A stretch of DNA of 63,426 nt, the filler included, from Hyphochytrium catenoides (taxonomy: Eukaryota; Protista; Hyphochytriomycota): assembly GCA_900088475.1 (NCBI GenBank). It is 7 parts of 7 records of this genome, joined end to end, with 100 filler letters (N's around TTAATTAATTAA, not from the genome) between each part and the next. Parts side by side here need not be neighbours in the genome. Positions count along the whole stretch, not along the records: positions 43,893 to 51,540 come from FLMG01002580.1; positions 51,641 to 62,194 come from FLMG01003210.1; 5 more parts are not named here. One strand, given 5' to 3'. Below the pieces are notes generated by a model. That model saw nothing but the letters and a program-made list of their open reading frames with translations. It searched no databases and was not told where the DNA came from. Shown in pieces: positions 46,184 through 62,294 of this stretch. The translations under genes and the position numbers were made by a program. The first letter of the stretch is position 1. The number at the start of each line of letters is the position of its first letter.

Positions 46184-47320
46184 CTACTGCTTGGTGGGAA
46201 GCTTGTAGTTGGGCACTGGGCAGTGGTCGATGATCTCTTTCTTCGCCATGTCCAGAATCCCTTCCAAGCCATAGCTGCAGATGAGAGGGAAATGCAGAGA
46301 GAAAGAGTATGTGAGAGAAGAGTAAAGAGAGAGAGAGAGAGAGAAGCGAGAGGTCGAGAGAGAGAAAGAGAGAGAGAGAGAGATTGAGAAGTTGGTAGAA
46401 CTGTGCTAGGAGAAGAATAGTGTTGAGACGGACGAGAAGAGGTGGCTCTCACGATAATCCGGGATGGCGAGAGAGAGGGACAAGAGAGAGAGAGAGAGAG
46501 ACAGATCAAGAGAGAGAGAGATCAGATCAACAAGAACAAGAAGGGAAAGAGAGAGATAAAGATGACTAGAAAGAAGAATTTTGAGAGAAGGTAAGGCTGA
46601 TGGGAGTCATGAAGAGAAAAGCTTGCTTAAGCTATAACGAGAGAAATCGCCGCGAAAGAGAGAGAGAGAAAAGAGAGAGAGAGAGAAAAGAGAGAGAGAA
46701 ATCACCTAAGGACCTTGTCCCTGAGGAGAGAGACGAAGGGTCCCTCGACATGCGTGAGGCGTCCGATCCAGCGGGAGAGGTTGACGATCCGCTTGGTTCT
46801 CTCGTAACGAAGAGCAAAATATTCTTCGAGCGCCGCCTCATGACGGAACCCGTGACGAGCGAGCGCTTCTGCAAGCACTGCCCCGTCCTCCATCGCCTGG
46901 TTCGCTCCCTGGCCTGTATCTGGGGAAGAGAGAGTAAGAGAGAGAGAGAGAGAGAGAGAGAGAATGGGTAGGTGAGGGAGAGAGCACGATCAGGGTGCGT
47001 AGTAGGGATTTGGATTGAAGGAGGAAAGGCGACATAGGGAGAGACATGAAAAGGAGAGAGACAGTGAGAAACAGAGACAGAAAGAGGGAGAGAGAGAGAC
47101 AAAACGAGAGAGAGAGACGAAAAGAGAGAGGAGGTAGTGAGAAGGGGAAGAGACATACAGGGCAGGGTGGCATGGCAAGCATCGCCCAGTAGCGTGATTC
47201 TTCCCTCGTGCCACTTGGGCATCGTGCGCCTAAAGAACATCCCGAAGTGGAGCAGCCGCGAGGGCTCCGTCTTCTCCACGCATTCGAATATTGGGGAGTG
47301 TCTCTCCGTCTGCATGGGGA

Positions 47321-47372
<52 letters not shown>

Positions 47373-48774
47373 GGCGGGACGGTCAAAGAAGAAGGGGCAG
47401 AGGGAAAGAGAGAGAAAGGAATAGAGACAGAAGACGAGAGTAAGGCAAGGAGGAAGCAAACGGGAAATGAAAGAGAGAGAGAGAGAGGAGAGAAGGGAGA
47501 TAGGGAACCGGTAGAGAGAGCAAGGAGCAGAGACAAACCGAGAATGCGGGCAAAAGAGAAAGTGGGCGGAGAGAGAGAGAGAGAGAGAGTCAGAATAGAG
47601 AGAGAGAGAGACAGAGGAGAGAGAGGGGGGCAGAGAGAGTGACAGAAAGAGAGAGAGATACCCCACAACGCTCCCCCGTGCTTTACTTCTCCATAGAATA
47701 AACCAATAAGAGACACATCCTCCGTTCTCCCCTGTATTTTACCTTCGACAGCACGATCTCCTGCAGCTTCGCCATGCGATCCTCAGAGGCGGACCATTCT
47801 CTGCTCTGAGGCGGCTCTCTCGTGCGATAAGTCTGCGCCCAGATCCGTTTCTCTCCCGCGGCAAAGGAGATGAACTCTCCGCGATGGTACTGCTGGACCA
47901 GACAGGAAGGATCCGCCAAGTACTCGCTCCGCCAGCCGCTGGGCCCGCCGTCCCGAGGCATCACGCCATAGAAAATGGCCTCTCCGCTGTACACCGGCGA
48001 CTCCTGCTGAGGGAGAATGGCCCGCCCGATGGTGGACTGGATGCCGTCCGCGCCGATGAGCAGGTCACACGCGTGAGCTGGGCGGCCGTCCTTGAAATGC
48101 AGCGTCACCTTCTCTGTTGTCTGCGTCACGGAGGTCACCTCGGCGCTGTAATGCAGGGCGCCCTGAGCCTTCAGTGGCGCCGCAAGCGCGTCAACCGCGT
48201 CAGCTCTGAGCGTTCCCAAGAGAGAGTAGCCCACTTCCGCCTTGAAGCGTGAGAGGATCCGTGAGTCCTTCAGGCACTCGGCCCGTCGGTTGAGCAGGAC
48301 GTGACGCTCCAGAGGCGTCCCGAGACGCTCGAATTGTGGCCCAAGGCCCAGATAGTCTGCCACCATCTACACCGGGAAGAGAGAGGGAGAGAGAAAGAGA
48401 GAGAGGGAGAGAGAGACAGAGAGAGAAGAGAGAGAGGAGAGAAAGCAGGAGGGAAGGAGAGAAAGCAGAAGGGAAGGAGAGAATGGGAAGATAGAGGGAC
48501 TCAGATGGGCTTAAAATAGGCTGATGGTCCGCACGGCGTGAGGAGCAGCTGTTGAGAAGAGGAGGAAGAAGAGAGAGAAAGGTCTCAAGGCGCTCACCTG
48601 GCCGTTCGGAGAGAGACCAAAGCCTGCGCCGGCGGTGGGGACAAACTTCTCCGCACGTTCAAAGAGCTGCACGGACAGACCCTTGAGAGACAGCGCCAGC
48701 GCCACCGTCAATCCCCCGATGCCGCCGCCCACCACCGCCACGGACTTCACCTGCTGCGCGCCTGACCTCAGCAT
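46184..48774 (-). CDS. FAD-dependent monooxygenase (class A flavoprotein; salicylate hydroxylase/zeaxanthin-epoxidase-like fold), about 5 exons
   Basis: VAVVGGGIGGLTVA (GxGxxG), FERA, GAGFGLSPNG, DLLIGADGIQS (DG motif), WHEGRITLLGDACHATLP (GD motif), GQGANQAMEDGAVLA; last exon YGLEGILDMAKKEIIDHCPVPNYKLPTKQ-stop. Confidence 0.9.
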
Positions 48775-49438
48775 CTCTAATTAGAGCTCTTCACTAAGAA
48801 GAAGGAAACCCTATCCTCCAGCTCTTCGCTTTCTCTGCAAGAATAGACAGTGTGCGAGTGTAAGAGAGCAGGGAGAACGGGGAAGGAGGGTAGAAGGGGG
48901 AGAAAAGAGAGTGTGTGATAGAGAGAGAGAGAGAGAGAGTGAGAGAAAAGAGCGAGAGAGAGAAGAGAGAGAGAGTGCAAGAGAACAGAGGGGGGAAGCG
49001 AAGGAGGGTGAGAAAGAGAAATAGTAGGTAGGAAAGAAGAGCGAGGTCATAGCACATTAGGGATGAGATGAAGGAAGAAAGGATGCAGGCGGCAGGAGGA
49101 GGGAGAGAAAGAGATGACGCAGCGGGAGGAGGAAGAGAGAGAAAGTTAAGATCACTCCTGGCTCCAGAAGACAACCAGTCTTCCGTCCCTACTTTCCCAT
49201 TGTCTCTGCCTCTCTTCGTCTCTATCTCCCCTCTTCACGGCCGCATCGATAGCCCTAACTAAGAGCTAGTAAGGCCTACAGTCCGGCTTGTCCTCTTCCT
49301 TTATGTCCTCTTCTTGGGCCGCTTGGCGTCTCTCTCTCTCATACGCTCTTTCTCTCTCTCGTTGTCTCTCTGACTCTCCCCATCTCTCTCTCTCTCTCCC
49401 CGTGTCTCTTGCTCTCTTTGTCTCTCTCTTCTTCTTCT

Positions 49439-49477
<39 letters not shown>

Positions 49478-49496
49478 NNNNNNNNNNNNNNNNNNN

Positions 49497-49529
<33 letters not shown>

Positions 49530-51540
49530 CACTACCACCACCCGCAGCACAACACTCTCTCTTCTTCATCATCTCCTCTGACTATCTCCTTTCCTTTTCT
49601 TCCCCGCACTTATTACCTGCTGCAGAGGCCTTCCTTCTGCTGCTGAGTGATCCTTGCCTTACTTTGGAGGACCCGCCCTGGGTGTGAGCTTGCTCCTCTT
49701 CTTCCTCTTCTCCTTCTTCCTCTTCTCGTTCCTCCTCTTTCGTCTTCACTTGCTTCTTCCAAAAGTGGTTGACACCTACTTCTTCTTGATCCTCTCTCCT
49801 CTTTTTTTCTTCTTCTCTTCTGCTGCTGCGCCCTCCCTTCCTGTCTTCATGGAGAGCAGCGGCGCCGCCACTCGCTACCACGTAGTAATCTTAGCGTTGC
49901 TGATGAGTGAGGCGGCGATAGGAGGATGGATCAGCATCACTGCCGCCGCGCCGTCGATCGTCTTTCTTCTTCTTCCGTTTCTGCTGCTCGTGATGATGGA
50001 GGAGAAAGGAGGAACCAACGACCGTCGTTGTTGACAATCCATCTGCCTGCTGACTGGCGGCGGGGGATCGGAAGATAGCAGCAGAATAGCTAGCAGAATA
50101 CTAATGTTGCTACACCTGTAGGAGAGAGGAAAATAGACCCAAGGGAGAGAGTTCAATGGGTCTCCTCTTTCTCTCTCTCTTTATCTTTCTCTCTCTCTCT
50201 CTTTATCTCTCTCACTCCTCTCTCTCTCTCTCTCTCCTCTCCGTCTCCCNNNNNNNNNNNNNNNNNNNNNNNNNNNNNNNNNNNNNNNNNNNNNNNNNNN
50301 NNNNNNNNNNNNNNNNNNNNCTCTCACTCATTTTTCTTGAAGTTCCTGCATCTCTTTGAAGTAGCAGAATCCATCACACGAACGAGTGCAGTACGATGTA
50401 GCTACCCCCTTCACCCCTACCTCCGGTCACTTCTCAAAACCATCCTACCCGCCCTATATCAACAGCTGCCGTTGGGGCTGGCGACATTTACTATAGGAGA
50501 CCGAAGACGCCACCCCCAGGCCCATCCACCCGCAACAGAGTGCCACCCACCTTCAACAATGACGTTTTGAAATCATAAAATAACGAATTGCTGTTAGGTT
50601 GTCTAGTTCGAAATGATTGTACGATTTTATTGAAGGGAATGGTACGATTTGAAGTGTCAAACGATCATCCCTCTTCTTTCTCTCTCTCTTCTTTCTCTCT
50701 CTCTCCTTTTAACCTTTCTCTCTCTCTCCTTTCTCTCTCTAACCTTTCTCTCTCTAACCTTTCTCTCTCTCTCCTTTCTCTCTCTCTCCCTTTCTCTCTC
50801 TAACCTTTCTCTCTCTAAATAACCTTCTTTCTCTCGTCTTCTCTCCCTCTCTCTTCTCTTTTTCTCCCTTCCTCTCTCAATGTGCCTCCCTCTCTTCATG
50901 GACGATCTCTTCTTTTAGGATCGCTGTCTCATTCGCTGTCTCTTCTTCCTGGTCTGTGAGAGGATAAAGGCTCATCAGTTCCGCTTGTCATCACCGCGGG
51001 CAGAGACTGCGAGCCAGAGTTCTTCCTTTCCCTCTCTTTCTTGTCGTCTCCTCCCTCCTCCTTTGTCTCCCTCTGTTAGTCATCAAGCATGATGAAGAGA
51101 ATCATCTGCATGCCACGCTGTTTGCTCTCCGTCTGCCACATCTCAGATGGCTAGTTTCTCGAGGTTCCTCGGTGTTATCACCTTTCCCCTTCTTCTGCTG
51201 CTTCTTCTGGTGGAGACAAGACTTGTTCCTTCCCCAGGCCAGCGCTTTCTCACTGCTGGGTGAGAAGGCGTCCTCTCTTTCCTGGGTTACGTTGCTGGAT
51301 CTCCTCCTTGGTCTGGCGATGCTTCTGCGTCTTCTCGAGCTTCATATCATATCTTTTGGAGGCTTAGAATGCCACCGCCCGAGAGCAACAAGGGAACCAC
51401 TACTGAAGAGCAGCAGCAGGGTCGGCTTCCTGCCCTTGACGACCAAACCCTTTGCCTTCCATGCTATCCAAACCCACGGGCTCTGCCACGGGCTGCTCTT
51501 GCGGCGGCTGGTCCCTTGCTCTTATCTCCTTCCACTCCTT

Positions 51541-51640
51541 NNNNNNNNNNNNNNNNNNNNNNNNNNNNNNNNNNNNNNNNNNNNTTAATTAATTAANNNN
51601 NNNNNNNNNNNNNNNNNNNNNNNNNNNNNNNNNNNNNNNN
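51541..51640. other. Artificial scaffold linker
   Basis: N44-TTAATTAATTAA-N44. Confidence 0.97.
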
Positions 51641-54480
<2,840 letters not shown>

Positions 54481-55584
54481 AGTTAGTCTAGTGGCCCCTA
54501 TAAGGCTTCATATGTCGGCCTTTGCCTTAACACCTTCGTGAATCCAGCGATTTGATCGGGGTGTCCTCATCAGAAGCCAGCTCCAATACCAGGTAAGCAG
54601 ACCCAGAACCAATCACATCTGCCTAATCCCCTTCTACCTGAGCTTGGTGCACCTGGTCTTGAGGAGGTTCTTGCAGAATCCACCAGCTCCACGGCAGGAG
54701 ACACTCAAGATAGTCTGGGGAGAGAAATATCCTTCCTTCTCTAATCAAAGAGCAGAGCCTCCAGGCCTTTCCGCCGATGAAGCTTCATCAGCAGCTCGCC
54801 TTTGACCTTTTGTCATGATGGAGATTTTACCAATCTTCGCGCCAACTACTGTAGGACGAGTATAAATTATACTGAATAGCACGCTCTTAGTTCCAAATAC
54901 TAGGATCCTGTTACAAATTATATAGAATACCTTGGCTCCGTGCTCACCCTAACAAACTGTGAATTGAAAGGTTTCATCGTCTGGTGATGAGCCCCCTACA
55001 GGTAGGTGCAACGACACCGCCCCCCACAGCAAGACATGGTTCTAAGACAATATAACAAAATGTTGGAAGCCTTGTTGACTCTAAGAGAGTGAGGCGCTTC
55101 ACCATCATGATCGGTGGGGATCTTGTGTGTGTGTTTGTTGGTGTTGTGCTCTTTGGGTCTTTGGGGCTGGCGGCGGCGGCGGCGGCAGGACATCGATCAG
55201 TTGATGTTGTCAGCACTCTGAAGCTGCTTGCAGGCGCTGGCTAAGCACGATCAAGAGGTAGAAGAAGAAGACAGATTGAGAAAGAGGCGATCAAGAAGAA
55301 GGCGCTTATAGCAAGAGAACCAGGATAGTTGGAGGAGAGCGAGAGAGTAGAGACCCTGAGGGGAATAGCGAGATTGATCGCGTTCCTATCCACCATTGAG
55401 AGTCTTCTAGCAGGGTAACGCTGTCTATTTATCTCTCTGGCGAGTAAGGTGGGCCTGCCATCAGCTTACCCCTTGTCTACGCTCTTGAGCCGCTGCGGAC
55501 GACGACTATTTACTGAATCCGGAGGGCATATCTTGACTCTGACCCTGCCCTTGACGCTGCAATCCCTACTGCTGAAACGGCGAC

Positions 55585-58500
55585 ATGACAGAGTGAGTAG
55601 AGATCGCCAGACAGTCCCAGCCTGCCATCAGTTTCTTGTTGATTTTCGCCTTCTAACATTTGTCTCCCTAATGTATAGCCGCCACATCGACTCCGATTCC
55701 GATGATGCTCCTCTGGCGTCTCTAGCGGATACCTCGGGTAGGAGTAAAAGGAAGGTCCCAGTGATTGACAGCGATGATGAACCTTTGGCAAAGAAGGCGA
55801 AGAAGTCCCCAAAGCCGCCGGCCAAGAAGACAGTGACGAAAAAGACAACTAGGGTCACAAAGACAAAGTCCAAGAAGGGCAAGACTACAAAGAGTAAGAC
55901 AAAGACAACCAAGACCGTGTCAAAGAGATCTTCGTCAGGCAAAAAGAATGGCGCGGAGGAGAGAAAACTGAAGACGCTCAGTAAGATGGAGACATTAGAG
56001 ATGGCCATCAAGGCTCGCCGATGGTGGAACGATGAGCCATTGCCTGAAGGCTTGGCCTGGCGAAGCTTGGCACACAATGGAGTGCTCTTTCCGACGCCGT
56101 ATAAGCCATTGCCCAAGCATGTGAAGCTATTATACGATGGAAAGCCAGTCGATCTTACCCCAGAACAGGAAGAAGTCGCTTACTTTTACGCAGCCATACC
56201 GTTGGATGGGCCACAGCTTGGAAATCCAAAGACAGCCGCGGTATGCTGTCTGGCCTTTGAAACGTCTTCTTGCAGGGTGCATAGAGTCTAAAACCATCTC
56301 TGTGCAGGTGTTTAACAAGAACTTCTTCAAGGATCTTAAGGCACTTCTTGGCAAGGGGCATGTGATCAAAGAATTTAGCAAATGTGACTTTACGGATATG
56401 AGAGCGTACCAGGTACGACGAGGGGCCCTCTTCTGAGAGGAAAGAACGCTTACGAGAAGCGGGGCAGCATACTTTAGGCGTTATTTCAAAGGAGTTTATC
56501 CTGGAGGAGCTGATGTCTTTTCGGCAGATTACCAAGTTGTTGGACAGATTAGCGCGCAATTACTGCCTAAGAGCTATCGTCGACGGACGCATACGGCTGC
56601 TAACAAATGGTCTTCTTCCTCACACCAGGAGGAGCAACGGGCTCTGAAAAAGGAAATGACCAAGGAAGAGAAGGAGCCAGAAAAGAAAAAGAAGGAGCAA
56701 GAACTATTTAAGCACGGCTACGCAATAGTTGACGGTAGTTTAGAGAAGGTCGGGAACTTCAGAATAGAACCTCCCGGGTTGTTTAGAGGACGAGGAGATC
56801 ATCCAAAGACTGGGACCCTGAAGAAGAGAGTGATGCCAGAGGAGGTGACAATCAACATTGGCGCGGATGATATGGTCCCACCATGTCCCATTCCAGGACA
56901 CAGCTGGAAAGAGATAATCCACAGGTAGGTGCTGCAGACACGACGACTGTAAAGCTGATCGCACTCAAAAATCTCTTCTTTACCTTCCTTTATACCTGCC
57001 TTGGTATTGGCCGCTTTGAATGCTTACATGAGAAATGGTGCATAGTATCTCCTCCTCGACAGCCTCTTGATGTCGCTTTCCCTTACCTGCTGTTCTTCCC
57101 GCGGCAGAGATACTGTGACTTGGTTGGCCTACTGGAACGAAAACGTGATGGGTGGGACGAAATATGTTTGGTTGGCGGCTTCATCGTCATTCAAGGGCAA
57201 GAGCGATATGGAGAAGTATGAGAAGGCCCGCCTGCTAAAGAAGTATATAGATAAGATTCGGGCGGACTACGTCAAGGTGCGCCAAGATTTACTTCCAAAA
57301 GACAACTCTGTTCTTCCTAAGATGTTCTGCATTGGTATTAATCCATGTCCTGACATCACGTAACCTGTTTGAGAGCTTGGGAATGTGGCTACTCTTGCTC
57401 TCCTATTCTGTCATCACCAGGGGGCAATCATGCTAACGATCTACTCTTTGTCATTCTCTCTGTCGTCTTGACCTCGATTGATCAGGGCTTATCAGCTAAG
57501 GATAAACTTGTCAAGCAACGTTCGACGGCCATGTGGGTTATTGACATATTGGCTCTTCGTGTGGGCAATGAGAAAGGAGAAGATGAAGCAGATACTGTGG
57601 GCTGCTGTTCTTTGCGCTGTGAGCATCTCCAGTTCAACGATGACGCAAAGGAGCTGCGGCTCTCCTTTCTGGGTAAAGACTCTATGCCCTATGAGAACAC
57701 TATCGACATGACACGCTATGGCGACGTCGGGTTAAGGGTATATCAAAACCTTAGGTAAACAGCTCTAGATCGCAGGAACTGACCGCATCTATGGCAAGTG
57801 GCAGTCGTCTCACGCCAACTCCGGTTCGCTCTGCCTTACTCGCAGGAGCTTTGTCAAGGGAAAGAAAGCTGGAGAGGATGTATTTGACTTTTTATCGACC
57901 TCAGATCTTAACAAGCACCTTGGGTCGCTGATGCCAGGACTGTCGGCTAAGGTTTGTCTCTCTTCTTGTCCTAGCTTGGGCTTGTCGAGTTCTTTCCTAC
58001 CCTATGCTCTTGATGGCTTGCAATATTTCTGTTAGGTCATTCTGGTCAGCGACTCCACGCTTCATACATAAATGCCTCTCCCAGGTGTTCCGTACCTTCA
58101 ATGCGTCTATCACGCTTCAGAATGAGCTGCCCAAGAAGCTTGAATTCAACCTGCCGTTTGCTCCCAAAGTTGTTACCTACAACGATGCCAATAGAAAGGT
58201 TGCCATTCTCTGCAACCATCAGCGGACTGTGCCCAAGGGCTTTGAGGCACAAATGGGAAAGTTGGAAGAGAAATATGAACAGCTGAAGCAGCAGCTAAAG
58301 GAGTTACAAGATATGCTTAAGAAAGTGAAAGCGGGGAAGAAGGTCAAGACAAAGTCTGGGACGGAGGATCCCGAGAAAAAGAAGGCAGAAGCTCATCTTA
58401 CCTCAAAGCAGCCAAGTGTTGAACAGCTTCAGAAGAGAGTAGCGAGCTGGTAAGTCAAGATGTCGGCGCCAGTGCTCAACAAGCTTATCAGCTTCTTGAA

Positions 58501-58939
58501 ACTGGCGTCATTGTATCATTTGATTTTTGTCTAAGCTCGTAGTCTACGGCTTTCTCTCCGCATCAGACACATCTAACATCATACCATGCAGGAAGCAGAA
58601 GATCACGGCGACCGAGCTGCAGATCCGAAATAAGAACGACAACAAGGAAGTGGCACTTGGCACCTCTAAGATCAATTACATGGACCCAAGAATCACTGTC
58701 GCTTGGTGCAAGCGAAATGAGGTTCCTATCGAAAAGTACGTCTGTCGTGCCTCATCTCCTTTCAGGCGTTTATCACCCTTCTAGAGATAGGCGTCTTCCT
58801 TGGTTCTGAGCACTCTCTCTTTTATATTTTCAGCATCAACCTTCGCTAACCTTCATCGTCTATTTACAGGGTGTTTCCCAGAACTTTAAGAGAAAAGTTC
58901 GTCTGGGCTATGGAGGTAGACGCAAATTGGGAATTTTAG
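55585..58939 (+). CDS. TOP1: DNA topoisomerase IB (multi-exon)
   Basis: Lys-rich N-terminus; [96 protein letters not shown]|[21 protein letters not shown]; catalytic Tyr in [12 protein letters not shown]; KFVWAM...WEF-stop. Confidence 0.97.
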
Positions 58940-59078
58940 GGTGATAGAAGGGAGCGCCAGAGGATGAGGAAGAGCAAGGGACGTTAACCCGATAGGAGTG
59001 TATAAGCTACGGTTCGGCGTTGAGAGGTGAAGAATGGACAATCGACTGCTGCGAGGAGCACCCAAACTGTGGCGGAGT

Positions 59079-60506
59079 CTACATCGTGTTTATTAGACGG
59101 CGCCGTCTATCAAATAGGAATATCTGGTTATTCTCATAGCTTGTCACATATAATACACCATCGTTTGCAAAGCACACGCCTAGGTTGCAGCAAGAGACAT
59201 GAAGGAAGTGTTATCAGTGCTTGGACAGGCTAAAGTTGCACAGAGTCTTAGAACCTAAACCTGAAGGTCCTCGCAGACGCTTGCCACTGGCGAATAGGCC
59301 CATGAACTGACCGGTCATGCCATGGTAGCGCACAACACGGTTTTGCCGATAACTTGCTACGTATCTTCATGAGCAAGCCCAAATCCGAGGAGTAGTTTTC
59401 AGGGCTGTTAGCTAAGGTATAATAAGTGGTTAATGGGGCAGTACGTACATGTTATTATCCGGTCCAAGCGCGAGGCCAACTGGCCCATCGATTTCCTGCG
59501 CATGACCAATGACGGCTTGTACGCGCCCATCCTTTCCGAATCGAACGATAGAGTTGTTATAATAACTAGTTACCAGCAGGTTGCCATACTGGTCAAAGAT
59601 GAGGTCCTCTGGACCATTCAAAAAGTCTTTAGAGGGACAGACAGAGATTAGTCGTCTTTGCGACCCGTGGGTTAAAGGGTCGTGGAACTGTCTGCACTCA
59701 CCGGACTGAGCAAAAACTTTGTGCTTTCGTGTGGTCACATTGAAGGACACGACCTAAGGGTGGTGGGCGCGTCAGGACATAGTACCTCTCACAGGCTGCA
59801 GCTACAGACTGACCTCGTTTCGGAGGTAGCTGACAACGTACAAGAGTCCATCCGGTCCAAAGCGAATACCTTCAGGGCTATCGAGCGAGCTGGAGTCACC
59901 GAGGTAGCCCAAGTAGGTACCAGTGTCAAGGTCGAACTGTAAGATTTGGTCTGAACCAAAGCTTGCCACATAGAGAACTTCACTTTGTACAGCTAAACCC
60001 CAAGGGCCATCTGCCATGAGAAAGTCATTAGTGGCGCAGCCATTCAGGGTGAGAAGTACCTTTACTCACCCAAAATAGCACACTCAAAGTTGCCCAGGCA
60101 GTAGACTCCTGAAGCGAAGATCTCAGTCTTCTCTGTTAACTTGTTCAGACGAAGTACCTGATTGTTCATGAAACTGGAGACGAAGATGCTCTGGGGAGGA
60201 CAGAAGTTGTTCTCTTTATGTGAGCTAACGCTAGATAGAAGGACGAGGACCTTTCCTCACCTCCTTTACTGTCAAGACATTAGTGGGATGCTTGACTGAT
60301 GTCACCTCAGCTACTAGTCTAGAGGGGAACTGTGATTGAAAGAGGTTGCTGATGAAGACCGTCTCTGGAAGAGGCTGGAAGAGGCAGTCCACATAGAGAT
60401 TGTGACCAAGTATAGAACTTAGAAGCAAAAGAAGAGTCACCCACGAGGTCGAGAGGTGCCTTCTGCCAATTTCGCAGCACCACAGAAGAAGCTGTTTCTG
60501 GGTCAT
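59079..60506 (-). CDS. NHL-repeat / beta-propeller protein with N-terminal signal or anchor (multi-exon)
   Basis: Repeats DGPWGLAVQSEVLYVASF, DSPEGIRFGPDGLLYVVSY, NGPEDLIFDQYGNLLVTSY, DGPVGLALGPDNN.YVASY, RGPSG|VCFANDGVLYVTSY; stop at 59079. Confidence 0.82.
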
Positions 60507-61220
60507 CTGCCTGCAGCTCTTAGAACCAGAACCCACTGGTCTTTGCTTTGTGAATGCCAGCTTCTCACTCTTTACTTGCGCTTCTGGCACCGCACAATGT
60601 AAAGTGTGCCTGAGGATCTCCACGTGCACCAGGACAGAGAAATAGAAGATCTGGGAGAATCTGCATCTCTTCAGTACCTCCCCAGGGCGCCAAGAACCAG
60701 ACTTCAAGACTGCTCGATCATCTTCAAGTACATCACCAGGTGCAGTGCTCCCCCAGGATCAATGTACTCTGTCAAGAATAACTATTGGCTGAGTCCCTTC
60801 TTTGGCTAAACACTGAGCGCAACATCCTGAATAGAGCCAGTCAGCTATCAGCTATCTTTCGGACGGCAGAAAATGAGAACATGAGAACATCTAGAAACTC
60901 TCCTTACTTATTATTAGGAGGGCGACCAAGCCGCGGGCCTTCCCACCTTGTCCAAAGCCTGTGAGCGTGCCGCCGACTTCAGCATCTTGAGCCATGAACC
61001 TATGAAGGCACTCTAGCATGAAGTCCCTACCTTGCCTTCTCTTGAAAAACCTGTACCATACACCTTTGGCGCCTGCCAGAAGAGGGTACGGGACGTATCA
61101 ATTGGCGTCACCAATAATGTCGGTGCCACTATCAATTCGACAACGTTCCACTTACGATCACCACTACGAAGGCTTGCCGAGAAAGACCCAGATAATAGTC
61201 GCTTATTGTGTCACCGTAAA

Positions 61221-62088
61221 ATGAGTCGGTCTCTTAAACTCTACTATTTCGACATCGGTGGCCGCGCGGAGGCAATTCGACTCTCCCTGGCGTGCGCAGG
61301 CTTGCCTTTTGAAGATATACGTTTGACCGGGGAGCAGTTCGGCGCTCTCAAATTGTGTAAGTTACCTAGAATGAGCAGGACCTCTAATCGCTTCTAGGGA
61401 CTAAAGCGAACTCCCCAGCCGGAAAACTGCCATTTGGGCAAGTGCCCTTTGCTGAGATTGATTGCAAGCCACTTGCGCAGACGAACGCAATCCTACGGTA
61501 TGTTGGCAACCTTGGTAATCTTTACCCCCAGGATCCCTGGGAAGCGGCAAAGGTTGATGAGGCACTCTACTGGTGCGATGATGTGGGCCAGGCCATTGAT
61601 CCTTCCCTTCGTATAAGCGACCCCGAAAAGAAGGTGCAGGAATGGGGCCATTACCGGGAATCTAGTCCTAGAAGGCTAAAAGCTTGATCTGTGCTACTAC
61701 TCCTCCAGATAGCCATGCGGAAGGCTCTCGCAGAAGAAACTCTCCCTCTTTGGTTGGGCTACTTCGCCAAGGGCCTTGCAAGCAATGGAAGCAGCTTTGC
61801 AGCTGGGAATAATGTAAGGATGACCCTCCTCCTTTGCACTCCTTCAGTCCTATTTGGGCTTTCCTCTTGGTGTTAGCGGTATTAGGAAGAGTTAACTGTC
61901 ACCTCGCTCAGTTGACAATAGCAGACTGTGAGGCTTTTCAGATGCTGAAATGGATTAGCTCGGGCATCCTTGACGGGATTCCTACCACAATTCTTGACGA
62001 GTTTCCACTTATCATCAAGTATCTGGAGAGGGTAAAGAACCATCCTGAAGTGAAGAAGTACTATGACTCCAAGCTCAAGAAGCAGTAG
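61221..62088 (+). CDS. Glutathione S-transferase, sigma-like (4 exons)
   Basis: LKLYYFDIGGRAEAIRL, FEDIRL, LPFGQVP, AQTNAILRYVG, LYPQDPWEAAKVDE, LTIAD, LDGIPTTILDEFP, HPEVKKYY. Confidence 0.93.
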
Positions 62089-62194
62089 TTGTGCCAGAAC
62101 AGTAAGAGACGACACCTAAACGCTTTCTAAAATGTGGTTTTATGGTTGTATTGTTCCTTCCTCAGTATGGCAACAGTGCAGTAGGGCTCGGCTC

Positions 62195-62294
62195 NNNNNN
62201 NNNNNNNNNNNNNNNNNNNNNNNNNNNNNNNNNNNNNNTTAATTAATTAANNNNNNNNNNNNNNNNNNNNNNNNNNNNNNNNNNNNNNNNNNNN
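62195..62294. other. Artificial scaffold linker
   Basis: N44-TTAATTAATTAA-N44. Confidence 0.97.

Noticed and set aside
49266-51540. Charged low-complexity minus-strand ORF fragments
   Set aside because: They are interrupted by gaps and stops, with no recognisable domain or consistent exon chain.
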